Virus record (IMG/VR): IMGVR_UViG_3300031414_000007
Span: 32,001 to 96,000 of that record
Reading direction: 5' to 3' (one strand)
Source: a virus
Lineage: Duplodnaviria; Caudoviricetes
Length of the DNA stretch: 64,000 nucleotides
In this document: piece after piece, positions 27,699 through 37,339 of the stretch
How positions within the stretch are numbered: position 1 is the stretch's first letter
Layout: each line of letters begins with the position of its first letter
Position numbers and translations under genes: made by a program
The notes under the pieces: generated by a model
Database searches by the model: none
What the model was told of the DNA's origin: nothing
Seen by the model: only the letters and a program-made list of their open reading frames with translations

Positions 27699-28600
27699 CA
27701 GCTACTCCTTTGAGTGAAGCGAAGTTTGGGGCAGTACATCATGTTCTTCTGATTAGGATAAACCTGATCAGTCAACTTGAATGGACCCTGCGTACCGACA
27801 GCACCGGCAGTAAACATGATGTTGTCAGAGTAATCAGTATCGCCATGCGTGAACGTATTACAGTGTGCAAGAGCCGCCCACGAAGGAGAGGTCACGGCGC
27901 TGGCTGGTGGCGTGTCTACAGAACTAAGCAGAATACGCATAGCAGTAACAGAGGTCGCAGTAGAACTTTTATAGCGGTAGCGCTTAGACGCAACAGGTGC
28001 AGATAAAGCCAGACACGTAGAGTCACCAGCAATAGCAGCCGCGTTGCCCAACGATACTTCCTGCCCCTGATCATCAACAGCAACAAGGGAGAAGATAGAG
28101 TTAGGAGTTGTGTTGTACTTAACGTGCGTCACAGTCACCGGAGTGTCGAACTCAAAGTCAATATCAACTCCACCCATACGAGCAGCAGGAACGGTGCCGC
28201 TACCTGATCCCATAATCAACGTGACGTCGCGATCAGTAATGCCTGAACGAGTGATACGGTGAGGCATAAGCTGAGATACCACAGTAGCAGCAGTACCAAC
28301 GGTCCCATAGTACGATACCCCTTTGGGGATGTACTGAGATTGGAGAGCAAGTGCAATCACGTTGCCATTCTCAATTCCAGTAATAGGGTTTCGCACAAAG
28401 CCGATTGCCTGATTGTACATATCGGCAAGTGACTTATTGTTGAAGGCTGCATCAAAGCCTTCTTTTGACGTAGGCAGCTTACCACTAAACGCAAACAGAT
28501 TCCAGCCCGCCCCTGCATTAGGGTCATTGAGCATGGTTGCGTTATTCGCGTTTGTGCCAACGACTGACTGCGCCATGATGCGTGTGTTAATGATCTTCAT
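27698..28600 (-). CDS. virion fibre-family paralog (long type)
   Basis: LFAFSGKLP, FEFDTPV...SKRYRY, SPSWA...GAVG. Confidence 0.72.
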   Translation of the reverse strand: MKIINTRIMAQSVVGTNANNATMLNDPNAGAGWNLFAFSGKLPTSKEGFDAAFNNKSLADMYNQAIGFVRNPITGIENGNVIALALQSQYIPKGVSYYGTVGTAATVVSQLMPHRITRSGITDRDVTLIMGSGSGTVPAARMGGVDIDFEFDTPVTVTHVKYNTTPNSIFSLVAVDDQGQEVSLGNAAAIAGDSTCLALSAPVASKRYRYKSSTATSVTAMRILLSSVDTPPASAVTSPSWAALAHCNTFTHGDTDYSDNIMFTAGAVGTQGPFKLTDQVYPNQKNMMYCPKLRFTQRSS

Positions 28601-29055
28601 TAGCTCACCACCGGTGCAACAGATTTATTATTCGCTTTCGTGTCAGACAGATCGAGCGTAGGAACAGACACACGGAACACAATGTTGTCGTACAGAGGTT
28701 CAATCGTCTGATCTGTTACGAACGCACCACTGACAAGAGGGGCATCCACACGAGGTGCTGCTGGGTTCGACACGAAAGTACGTGGCGTAAACTTCGACTG
28801 TACCTGAGTAGCAGCAGGACCGTTGAGAACAATCTGGTCTGCGTCAGATACGCGCTGGTTAAGAATCTGCGTCCACGTATAGATAGGCAGGTAAGCAGAC
28901 AGAGAAGACGTAACACGTTCCTGAGAGAATGCGGAAACTTTCTCGTTGGTCGTCGGCTTCACAGGCTGAGATGCAGTGCTTATCTCAAGCTGAGACATAA
29001 CGAACACGTAGTCAGCAAAGAGATCTGGGTCATACGCAATAACTGGTACGAACAT
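28600..29055 (-). CDS. hypothetical virion protein
   Basis: AGGAG RBS, TAATG coupling. Confidence 0.7.
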   Translation of the reverse strand: MFVPVIAYDPDLFADYVFVMSQLEISTASQPVKPTTNEKVSAFSQERVTSSLSAYLPIYTWTQILNQRVSDADQIVLNGPAATQVQSKFTPRTFVSNPAAPRVDAPLVSGAFVTDQTIEPLYDNIVFRVSVPTLDLSDTKANNKSVAPVVS

Positions 29056-30140
29056 TAGTAGACTCCTTGACGAATGCTGTAGTGATCGATGATGGCCGTG
29101 CATGAGGCCGACGCACCAGAACCGTAACCACCAGTAACAGTGAACGCAGCGCTGTTGGACATTTTCATCACGTACACAAAGGTATCAACCTGAGTGCCGT
29201 CAATGTAGATAGTGTGCGTACCAGTAACTGCATCATACACGTACTTGAAGCGGACAGGCACGGTAGTTTTTAACGCAGCATACGGAGCCATGTCACGCAC
29301 GACTTTCGTTGTACCGCTATCGCCAACGTTGTTTCGCACTACAAAGGCTTTCTCTGTGGTGCGGTCAAACGCTAAGATGCTGCGGTTGGTCAGAGTCGCA
29401 TAGTAACGCAAAGGCTGCCATTCAGCAAAGTCCGTGTCCGACGTTTGAGCATAGTCACACTCAATGGTGAATGACTTGCTTACGTCAACGATGTTGCTGT
29501 TATTGTATTGCAGCACACCGGTGGTGCCCATGTTGATGCCATTAGCCACAGGCTTAACGTCACCAGACATGCCATATTGGTTGCCGATGTAATCAAAGAA
29601 CGAACCAGTATTGAACGCGTTGGCATCGAACGCAGTTACTTCATTTCCCGGCAGCCACGTAGCGAGCGAGTTCTCAACCCACATGTTAGCAAGAGGAATG
29701 TTAAACGACAGGATAGAAATCTGCGTCTTATATCCGTTCGGGTCGTACTTAACGTTCAGGTCAGGATAGAGCAGAGTCACATCCGTTCCTACGGTCAAGC
29801 ACACAGGCAGAATGCCACCGAGAATTAGATGCGTAGGTACACCCTCAGCCGTAGCAGTAAGAGCACAGTCAGACACTGTAATCTTCTTACGGTCGATTGT
29901 GCGGACGCAGTTTGTGCCTTTAGCGATCACAGTGCAGATGCCAGTAGAAGCAGCAAGCGCCGCGTCAAACATATAACCTGCACCAGTCTGAGGCTGGAAG
30001 TTCAGGCACTTGTTTAAGTCTGCTTCGACGTAACCTGCATTCAGCTTAACCAAGTAGCAAGACTTATCGTCCGCAGTTGATTGAGCAAACAGACGCGCTA
30101 ACTGAGGCACAGCAGAAGTACCAAAGAGCTTGTAATCCAT
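29055..30140 (-). CDS. fibre-family module fused to ConA/LamG-like domain
   Basis: EGVPTHL...TVGTDVTL N-module; C-terminal FTIEC...YVYD...IYIDG...IDHYSI. Confidence 0.7.
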   Translation of the reverse strand: MDYKLFGTSAVPQLARLFAQSTADDKSCYLVKLNAGYVEADLNKCLNFQPQTGAGYMFDAALAASTGICTVIAKGTNCVRTIDRKKITVSDCALTATAEGVPTHLILGGILPVCLTVGTDVTLLYPDLNVKYDPNGYKTQISILSFNIPLANMWVENSLATWLPGNEVTAFDANAFNTGSFFDYIGNQYGMSGDVKPVANGINMGTTGVLQYNNSNIVDVSKSFTIECDYAQTSDTDFAEWQPLRYYATLTNRSILAFDRTTEKAFVVRNNVGDSGTTKVVRDMAPYAALKTTVPVRFKYVYDAVTGTHTIYIDGTQVDTFVYVMKMSNSAAFTVTGGYGSGASASCTAIIDHYSIRQGVY

Positions 30141-30141
30141 G

Positions 30142-31098
30142 TTATACCTCGGTAGACAGACGAAGCTGGGCAACCGCAGCGAACTCACCTGGGCCGAGAG
30201 ATGTGGTCATCAACTCGATAGGCTTGCCGCTACCTATAGCACCAACTTCACAGGCAAAGTAAGTAGGAATGTAGTTACCGTTAGCAAGAGCACCGTAGTT
30301 AGTGTCCTGAATAAGAACCATAGCCCACTTAATTGATTTGTATGCAGCGTTACGGCCAACATCAGAAGCAGTAACAGGCAGCACACGACGAGTACCAGAG
30401 GTCTGAATGAAACGGTAGCGCTTAGACTGCGGAATAGCGGTAGCAATCACGTTACCTTCTTGGTTCGCAGCAATTGACCACGAAACAGCAGTGCCTAAGA
30501 TACCCAGCTCGTCGATAGGTGCAATCGTACCAGCACATGCAGAGCTAACGTCACCAACGTCAGACAACACGCCGTCAATAGTAATAGCGAAGTCATACGT
30601 CAGGTCAGTAGATGACAGATGGATTCCCGGCATAAGTGCATCATGCGGAACACCTGCGTAATCCCATGGACGATAGCCAGCAGGACCGATACCCCACAGT
30701 GCTTTGTTGCCTGCGTCGTTACTCGTAAGGTATGCAGTGTTAATCTGCACAGCAGACGCACCGTTATACCCGACAGGACGCGCCTTTGATGGGTAGTGAA
30801 TGGTTGCACCGTTCTTGATCTCGTATACATGACCAGAACGCGCTTTCCAACCTTCCTGTTGATCTAAGAGAGGCAACAGACCTTCAGTTGTAGGACGGAG
30901 CACAAGACGCGTAGCAGCAACTGCGTTATCGAACAGGTTGCGCATGTCATACAGGTGCTGCGAGAAGTTACCCTGAGCGGCCAAGTCAGTATCGAAGAAG
31001 AACACGTTAACGGTCTGCCCGTTAGACAGGTTCGACGCCCAACCTGAACCCAAGTTGAGCACACTGAACGGCAGTAAGTTGTGTCCTAAGATGCGCAT
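30142..31098 (-). CDS. virion fibre-family paralog (long type)
   Basis: YDFAI...SKRYRF insert; IKWAMV...EVGAIGSGKPIEL. Confidence 0.72.
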   Translation of the reverse strand: MRILGHNLLPFSVLNLGSGWASNLSNGQTVNVFFFDTDLAAQGNFSQHLYDMRNLFDNAVAATRLVLRPTTEGLLPLLDQQEGWKARSGHVYEIKNGATIHYPSKARPVGYNGASAVQINTAYLTSNDAGNKALWGIGPAGYRPWDYAGVPHDALMPGIHLSSTDLTYDFAITIDGVLSDVGDVSSACAGTIAPIDELGILGTAVSWSIAANQEGNVIATAIPQSKRYRFIQTSGTRRVLPVTASDVGRNAAYKSIKWAMVLIQDTNYGALANGNYIPTYFACEVGAIGSGKPIELMTTSLGPGEFAAVAQLRLSTEV

Positions 31099-31595
31099 TA
31101 GAACTCCTTAGAGTCTTTAATAACGGTGGCGAGGAACTTACCGTTACGCAGGTTAGATGACGACAGAATCAAGTCGGCGCCTGAACCCGCACCACCGATA
31201 GTCAGAATCAGGAAGCCACCATAAGGCGTGCTTGCAATATCTTTGTTGAAGACAATCACGTTGTACGTGTTCAACAAGTCGGCGATAGAGCCAGCAAATG
31301 TGCCTTGCAGTGTAGCGCTCAGACGGAACTTATATTTGTTATCAGAGCCATGAATCCAGCGCACAGGGTTAACGGTAACAGAAGTCAGATCAAGCACCGC
31401 AGTTGCACCGATAGCTGTCTGCACTGTAGTGCCATCGGCAACAACAATGTTTGCAGGGTCTGGTACTTTAGCGAGGCAGATTGTCTTCTGCATATTTGAC
31501 AGGCCGTACTTCAACGGAGGATCAGTAGCTGGACGTTTGCCTGCATCTGGAATCACAATACCGTTGGCGACCAAAGGGAACGAAACTATTTCCAT
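31098..31595 (-). CDS. virion fibre-family paralog (short type)
   Basis: LTIGGAGSGADLILSS C-module; TAATTT upstream. Confidence 0.7.
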   Translation of the reverse strand: MEIVSFPLVANGIVIPDAGKRPATDPPLKYGLSNMQKTICLAKVPDPANIVVADGTTVQTAIGATAVLDLTSVTVNPVRWIHGSDNKYKFRLSATLQGTFAGSIADLLNTYNVIVFNKDIASTPYGGFLILTIGGAGSGADLILSSSNLRNGKFLATVIKDSKEF

Positions 31596-31663
31596 TTTGT
31601 ATCTCCAGTTAACTCGCTATAAATTACTGACAAGTCGAATCGCATAGGAAGTCAAAACTTGTC

Positions 31664-32716
31664 TTACATCAAAAACCGTCGCTTTATCACCACAGCGTCG
31701 TAGGCATTCAATGTTGCAGCAGGCACTTCATTGGGATTTATGTCTGAGGCCGCATTGAAATCAACACCCGCTTTGGATAGAACAACGTACACTGGAGCGT
31801 CACGCTCGAATGCTATCGGCATCGCTCCCCACTTTAGTGCATAGGCAGGAGTATCGTCATGGGTGCCTTGTCCGAAGTATGCCCCGTCAGGCTCTGAGGC
31901 AGAACTGCCGAGAGAACCCGCTGAATACGACGTGGTGTAAGACCAGCCCCCACCGGAGAAGTAGTACGAGCCATAAGTTGATGAACTGAATGGTTGAAAC
32001 AGTCTCGGGAAGATCGTATCAGGGAAGGTACTCTGATTGTACGGAGAACCCGCATACAACGAACTCAGAGTCTGCACGTTAATCGTTACGGTGGCTATAT
32101 CGGCAGTTACATTCAACGCAGTGATTCCCACGTTTTGCAGATAAGAAGATCCTGTCCGTGTCCATCGCCCTATGCCACTACCCCCGCCTCCAGTGATAGT
32201 ACCTCCATCACTTGAAGTCACACTGGCAGATGTTTTAGGGACAGAGTAAAGAGACTTCGTAAACGCTGAGCCGTCGAATGCAGGCAGAACCATATCAGAA
32301 TAAGCGGGTACGCTAGGACTTCCGTTACCGTACGAATCCAGCAGACTGCCTGTACCTTCCTGAGCTGTACCGATGCCAGAGTCTAACGTACCTATAGCAT
32401 AGTAACGACGGAACATGTCAATAGCGCTGACAACGCGATTACCACCAGTCTGAGAAAACCCAGACTTACGGACAGAAGGCACGTAGTTATAGAATAGGCG
32501 ATTACCTTTCCAGCCAGCACCACGAACGCATTGCATTTCATTCTGAGCATTAACAAGAGCGCAGAAGGAGCGAGACTTATTGATCTTGTCAATCATCTCA
32601 GGATAAGACGACTTACTCGTTGGAGGCTCAACATCATCAGAGAAAAGGAACATGCGACGACGAGCCGTCTCAATCTTCTTCTCTAAGATTTGCGCTCCGT
32701 TTGAAATGAAAAGCAT
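31664..32716 (-). CDS. virion fibre-family paralog (long, divergent)
   Basis: MFLFSD..PP; LKWGAMPI...AGVDF. Confidence 0.6.
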   Translation of the reverse strand: MLFISNGAQILEKKIETARRRMFLFSDDVEPPTSKSSYPEMIDKINKSRSFCALVNAQNEMQCVRGAGWKGNRLFYNYVPSVRKSGFSQTGGNRVVSAIDMFRRYYAIGTLDSGIGTAQEGTGSLLDSYGNGSPSVPAYSDMVLPAFDGSAFTKSLYSVPKTSASVTSSDGGTITGGGGSGIGRWTRTGSSYLQNVGITALNVTADIATVTINVQTLSSLYAGSPYNQSTFPDTIFPRLFQPFSSSTYGSYYFSGGGWSYTTSYSAGSLGSSASEPDGAYFGQGTHDDTPAYALKWGAMPIAFERDAPVYVVLSKAGVDFNAASDINPNEVPAATLNAYDAVVIKRRFLM

Positions 32717-32745
32717 AACCACTCCTTAGCAAAACTTTATTCGGT

Positions 32746-33786
32746 TCACATAAGATAAAGTGTCTTGGAACCGAAAGGGTTTTCAGCTTCGATGCTCAAT
32801 ACTGCAACATCACCAGTGTCCGCGGGTGCGGTCTGTATAATGTCTTGGCCAACCTTGGCACGAAGCATATACCCTTGACCATTGCACTTGAACATCATCA
32901 TGCAAGAAGTCAGAGTTACGGCAGGCGTGTTTGTCTTGCCAGTAACCGCAGTGCGCATAGAAAATGCGTCTGCACCACGAGTGTAACCACTAACACCATT
33001 TGAGGTGGTCGGGGCTTCCCACGCAGTGAACTGATTTAGCCCACTGTAGCTGTAGCGTTTGCCTACAGGTCGAATGAACGTAATGTGAGGAGCATTCGCA
33101 TCTCGATAGATAGAAGGAATGATCTGCACAGGAGAGGAGGTAGTTTGGATGTATGAGTAAGATTGAGCGCCGGTCTCTGCTCTTGTTGAGAGGTCAAGAG
33201 AAGCATTCATAAACCCAGCATCATAACCACTGTACGTTCCCCAAAAGCTGTCAACATTTCGAGCGTACTGATTGCCTGCCTTAGAACTGTATGATTCAAT
33301 CTGAGCGGACTGTCTCATATTCTCAGGAAAGACAAGCATACACGAAGATGGCCAATAGTACCCTGTCTCACATGTGTCTCGACTCACACCGTTCCAGCCG
33401 TTAAACACGGGGTTGCCGTTAGACCACTGCTGGCCATTGCCCTCCGCCGTGTCGTATACACATAAGTAACGCTCGGCAACAGCTTTATACGTCTGCACTG
33501 CCGTATAGCTATTGTGAGGCGCAGCGTTGCCTGAGATAAGATTGGCGCTACGTGCTGGGTAGAAGTAGTTGTCCTTAACACCACTCATAGGACTCAAGGT
33601 AATCTGGTCGCCCCGTGTGTCTGAGCTATTACCCCAAGCACGAACAGACTGCACCTTTGAGATGTAGTGTTCTTCGTCCAAATGAGCGTCAGATATATCC
33701 GTCTGATCGTCAAAGTAAAGCGCACGATGTACTGCCAGCTTGGCTATCGTGTTCGCCTTGTTATTGTGGTACGTTGCGTATAGCAT
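32746..33786 (-). CDS. virion fibre-family paralog (long, divergent)
   Basis: ALYFDD; LTSCMMM...KVGQDI. Confidence 0.6.
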   Translation of the reverse strand: MLYATYHNNKANTIAKLAVHRALYFDDQTDISDAHLDEEHYISKVQSVRAWGNSSDTRGDQITLSPMSGVKDNYFYPARSANLISGNAAPHNSYTAVQTYKAVAERYLCVYDTAEGNGQQWSNGNPVFNGWNGVSRDTCETGYYWPSSCMLVFPENMRQSAQIESYSSKAGNQYARNVDSFWGTYSGYDAGFMNASLDLSTRAETGAQSYSYIQTTSSPVQIIPSIYRDANAPHITFIRPVGKRYSYSGLNQFTAWEAPTTSNGVSGYTRGADAFSMRTAVTGKTNTPAVTLTSCMMMFKCNGQGYMLRAKVGQDIIQTAPADTGDVAVLSIEAENPFGSKTLYLM

Positions 33787-33865
33787 AAACTGTCCTTAAG
33801 CCCTAATGTGTGGCTTGCTAAAAACACCGCCTGATGCGGTCACGCCCATGAGGATTATTGTTCGC

Positions 33866-34795
33866 TTACACGCTTATCACTTCTTCAAATGGCAACTCTA
33901 TCCGTGACATGCTAATCGTCGGAGTATTCCCAGCCTGCTGCGTCGAAGCCGTGTAATCTTTCGATTGCTCCGGCTTGAACAGCTTAACTTCATTTCCCCA
34001 CAGCATTGGGATAACACAGTACGACAGATCGACACCTGACTCAGGAACACCGATAGCCGCAGTTGGAACCGTCGGCAGTACAGTGCCAGATTTGTAGGGC
34101 AACTGAAATCTACTGTTACCTGAGATAACCACATGTCCACACCATAACAGTAACACCGAGCCAGTATCAGCATTGATGTTGTTGTAGACAGGACGGGTTG
34201 TAGGGCTAGAGTCAGATTCGTGTTGAGATACTGTCGGGCTGACAAACACGTCCGTTGTTGTGCGCAACAGAGCTATACCTTGCGTCATGATTCCGCTGTA
34301 CGAAGTGGACTGCCCTCGTGCAATATCTGAATACATTTGAGGCAGTACCCAGTTAGCGTTAGGTATAGGTGAATTACCAACACGACTAGGAATCAGACTC
34401 GCAATGGTTCCGTTTGTAATCCACGGCTTACCCGCAGTGGACATGGTAAACGGAGTAACACTGTCATTGCCTACAAGCCCTTCGTTCTGACCGTTGCATC
34501 GACCACTAGCATTGAAGCCAGTAGGTATAGGCAACATAGTCTGAGCGAATGCGGCCTCAGATTTGAAGTCAGGGATAGCGCCTAAGTTTGATATGCGTGT
34601 GAGTTTTAATTGACTGCTTGTACCTACCATTACAGGCGTCAGCTTCACCTGATTGTTGTCAACGATGGTCTCCACGTGAGTTCGTGCGTTACGCATATAG
34701 TCCATGATGCCTGCAACAGTCATCGTAGAAAATGGACGCTCGGAAAACATCGCATAGAGTCTAATATCTTTCCTCTTTGGTATGACGAGTTGCAT
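33866..34795 (-). CDS. virion fibre-family paralog (long, divergent)
   Basis: LYAMFS..P; LSYCVIP C-module. Confidence 0.55.
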   Translation of the reverse strand: MQLVIPKRKDIRLYAMFSERPFSTMTVAGIMDYMRNARTHVETIVDNNQVKLTPVMVGTSSQLKLTRISNLGAIPDFKSEAAFAQTMLPIPTGFNASGRCNGQNEGLVGNDSVTPFTMSTAGKPWITNGTIASLIPSRVGNSPIPNANWVLPQMYSDIARGQSTSYSGIMTQGIALLRTTTDVFVSPTVSQHESDSSPTTRPVYNNINADTGSVLLLWCGHVVISGNSRFQLPYKSGTVLPTVPTAAIGVPESGVDLSYCVIPMLWGNEVKLFKPEQSKDYTASTQQAGNTPTISMSRIELPFEEVISV

Positions 34796-34866
34796 ACAAT
34801 ATCCTTGATAAAGAACTTGTCTTTGCGGACATATGCAAAAACAGAGCGAAAACTCTGATATAAGGT

Positions 34867-34896
34867 AAAAGGGCCCGTACCATTACGATACAGGCC
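34867..34896 (-). terminator. intrinsic terminator
   Basis: GGCCTGTAT...GTACGGGCC-CTTTT on - strand. Confidence 0.7.
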
Positions 34897-34903
34897 ATTT
34901 CAG

Positions 34904-35485
34904 TTACACCAGCAGACGACCTGCGATAGTGATTGCTACACCATTGAGAGTGGTGTCAGCAGTGTCCGGTGCAACAACACGAAGCTGATCTCCAGCAACC
35001 AGAATGATCTCTTGGTCCAGATAGGCAGCAAGAGGAGCAAACACACCAGTCTTAGAGCCAGCGCCAAACGTAACAGTACCGAGCTGAATAACAGCTTGGG
35101 TGGCACTGTCATAAGCACTTACTTTGAATACAGCCTGAGCCGTAGCAGCAACATCAGCAACAGCCATAGAGCCGACAAAGTTTTTGATGATTGCAGTAGT
35201 ACGCACAGATAGGTAACGAGCGATCTCTTGTCCACCAGCGTAGCGCTTGAGAACACTCATACCCACGTCATATGGATTTACAGACTGTAACTGGTTAACC
35301 CACTTGGTGCGCACGGCAGAATATACATACAGACCTGGCTGATTAGAGCCAGATACAGCAGTCAAGTTCCATACACGACCGTTAGTTGGGTTAGCTGGAA
35401 AGGTTGGGCCAGATGAATTAGGGTCACCTGGTGCGCGTGTAATCTGAGACTGTGCGCCTGCGAGCTGAATACCAAAAGCGTACAT
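34904..35485 (-). CDS. virion structural/fibre protein
   Basis: AGGAG RBS; FPANPTNGRVW motif. Confidence 0.72.
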   Translation of the reverse strand: MYAFGIQLAGAQSQITRAPGDPNSSGPTFPANPTNGRVWNLTAVSGSNQPGLYVYSAVRTKWVNQLQSVNPYDVGMSVLKRYAGGQEIARYLSVRTTAIIKNFVGSMAVADVAATAQAVFKVSAYDSATQAVIQLGTVTFGAGSKTGVFAPLAAYLDQEIILVAGDQLRVVAPDTADTTLNGVAITIAGRLLV

Positions 35486-35495
35486 ATTTTTCTCC

Positions 35496-35717
35496 TTAGG
35501 CGATTCGCACATGACCCGTAACAGCGTACGGGAATGTTACTTTGACCGTGTTCTTGTCAACAATGATAACGTCGAGCGGCAGCACTTGATGGAGTTTACC
35601 ATCAGGCATGTTCACGCAAGTAGTCACTGCGACTTCACGGCCGAAGTTGTGCGTAATCGCCCATTCAGCGGCAGCCTCTTCCTGTAGGAAGGTGCGCCCC
35701 ATTGAATAGTTGATCAT
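35496..35717 (-). CDS. stand-alone W-x-I-x-H-N domain protein (73 aa)
   Basis: WAITHNFG...V.P..V...D.N...V.F; GAGGT RBS. Confidence 0.72.
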   Translation of the reverse strand: MINYSMGRTFLQEEAAAEWAITHNFGREVAVTTCVNMPDGKLHQVLPLDVIIVDKNTVKVTFPYAVTGHVRIA

Positions 35718-35730
35718 AGAGACCTCGTTA

Positions 35731-36663
35731 TTACAGATTATAGAGTGCCGCGGGTCTGCGAACTAGAGAAACGGTGTCTGCGAAACTGCCTTGATAGACA
35801 TTTCCTGGAACCATGTCGCTGGGAACTGTGAAGTCGTTTGCATCCAATAGATACATCAGAAGATCGTTTGTACCTGTAGAGACAACAACAGCAGCCCAAG
35901 ACAGATTCACAGATTCATCGGTTGAAGCAGTGATCGGCAGACTTGCAGTACGTTTGTCCGTAGGTCCACTTGTGACATTCGGGTAGCTTGTCGTTCTAGT
36001 CGCATTGTTAAACGTAATGCCCCGCAGAGTTTTTGTGCTTACTGTAACACCTGCATTTATGCTATAGTATTGATACCTACCGCTAAAGTTTTCGTAGGTT
36101 TGCCCAAAAGCAGCAGGCTGTGCGTTTGATGCGTCAAAGTGGCTGACTGCATTCATGGCCATAGTGGTGTATGTAGGATAAGAGCTTGCATAGAAGAAGG
36201 ATGTTACTCCCACTGTGGGTATCGAGACACGAACACTTATATCCAAAGCGCGAACGGCATCAGGAACTAGATAGATCGCGCTTGGTGTATTAGCACCGAA
36301 AGTAACTCCATAACCACCAGCCCAAGAGGGTCCAATGTCAGTCAAGAATGCACTGGACCCTCTGCGCGTGGACTCCTTCTTACCGCCCTCCATTGGAATA
36401 GCGGTTAGAGAGAACAGATCGTTTGAACTGAAATCCACATCACCTGACATGTATGACATTTTAGTTAGGTAGTACGTGCTACCCAATCGACCTCTGATTG
36501 GGTTAAGCCGAAATGTTCTCCCTGACATATCGTACACTGTAGTGCGGGCCTCTCCTTGCTTCGCTCTCCAGTCAGCAAGAGACCTAATGTCCTTTGTCGT
36601 TGTTTCATCGAAAAACGATGCGTATCGCAGAACATTATCAGTAGACAGGAGTGCCATCTGCAT
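35731..36663 (-). CDS. virion fibre-family paralog (long, divergent)
   Basis: YASFFD; LSWAAVVV C-module. Confidence 0.55.
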   Translation of the reverse strand: MQMALLSTDNVLRYASFFDETTTKDIRSLADWRAKQGEARTTVYDMSGRTFRLNPIRGRLGSTYYLTKMSYMSGDVDFSSNDLFSLTAIPMEGGKKESTRRGSSAFLTDIGPSWAGGYGVTFGANTPSAIYLVPDAVRALDISVRVSIPTVGVTSFFYASSYPTYTTMAMNAVSHFDASNAQPAAFGQTYENFSGRYQYYSINAGVTVSTKTLRGITFNNATRTTSYPNVTSGPTDKRTASLPITASTDESVNLSWAAVVVSTGTNDLLMYLLDANDFTVPSDMVPGNVYQGSFADTVSLVRRPAALYNL

Positions 36664-36675
36664 ATGCCACCTACC

Positions 36676-37272
36676 TTAGTACAGGATGACCGTACCAGAT
36701 TGCGGCGTATCGAACGTGATAGTGAGCTGGCTGGTGCTGTCGTGTACGATAGACTTCGGCTGTACTTCTTTGCTGCCCTGATAGATACGAACAGCAGGGT
36801 TATAGCCTAGGTTATGTACAACAACCCACTGCGCTTCATCGGTGAAGGTAGCGGTGAATGCGACGGTAGGAGTAGGCAGACCGTTTTCAACACCAGACAG
36901 CAACACGGCAGTACCGGCAACTGGCTCAGGGAACAGAACCACCGTAGTGTTCGCATCCTGAGAGTGAATGGAGGAAGGCTGAACAACGTCACCATTTTCA
37001 TCGTAGCATTGTACGATTGGCGTAGCGGTGTTCATGTTGTGCGTAATCTCCCAGCGAGAAGACGCGGAAGGTTTCGAGTAACGGTACATCGTCATCTGTT
37101 GAGTCAGAGGTACCCAAACAGGCACATCGCCAAGTTCGACGCACAGCATCAAACGCTTATCCATAAGAATGGCCATGCCTGGCTTAGGGTCAGCAGGCCA
37201 GTCGGTAGCAACGTCGAACACGAAGTTCTTAATTGAGCCGAACGTTAAGTCGAGCGTCCCGAGGACTTTCAT
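36676..37272 (-). CDS. virion protein with two W-x-I-x-H-N domains
   Basis: WEITHNMN and WVVVHNLG repeats; N-terminus paralogous to 37340-38962. Confidence 0.78.
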   Translation of the reverse strand: MKVLGTLDLTFGSIKNFVFDVATDWPADPKPGMAILMDKRLMLCVELGDVPVWVPLTQQMTMYRYSKPSASSRWEITHNMNTATPIVQCYDENGDVVQPSSIHSQDANTTVVLFPEPVAGTAVLLSGVENGLPTPTVAFTATFTDEAQWVVVHNLGYNPAVRIYQGSKEVQPKSIVHDSTSQLTITFDTPQSGTVILY

Positions 37273-37290
37273 AAATCTTCTCCTGAAAGG

Positions 37291-37320
37291 TAAAAAGGGC
37301 AGGCAGATGCCCACCCTTTC
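37291..37320 (-). terminator. intrinsic terminator
   Basis: AAAGGGTGGGCA-TC-TGCCTGCCC-TTTTT on - strand. Confidence 0.75.
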
Positions 37321-37339
37321 ATTATGCTACTGAATCGAA

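Noticed and set aside
35728-35739. AATCTGTAATAA as a further promoter copy
   Set aside because: Only 10/12 match and too close to the downstream SD to give a translatable transcript; may simply be NL-stop codons.
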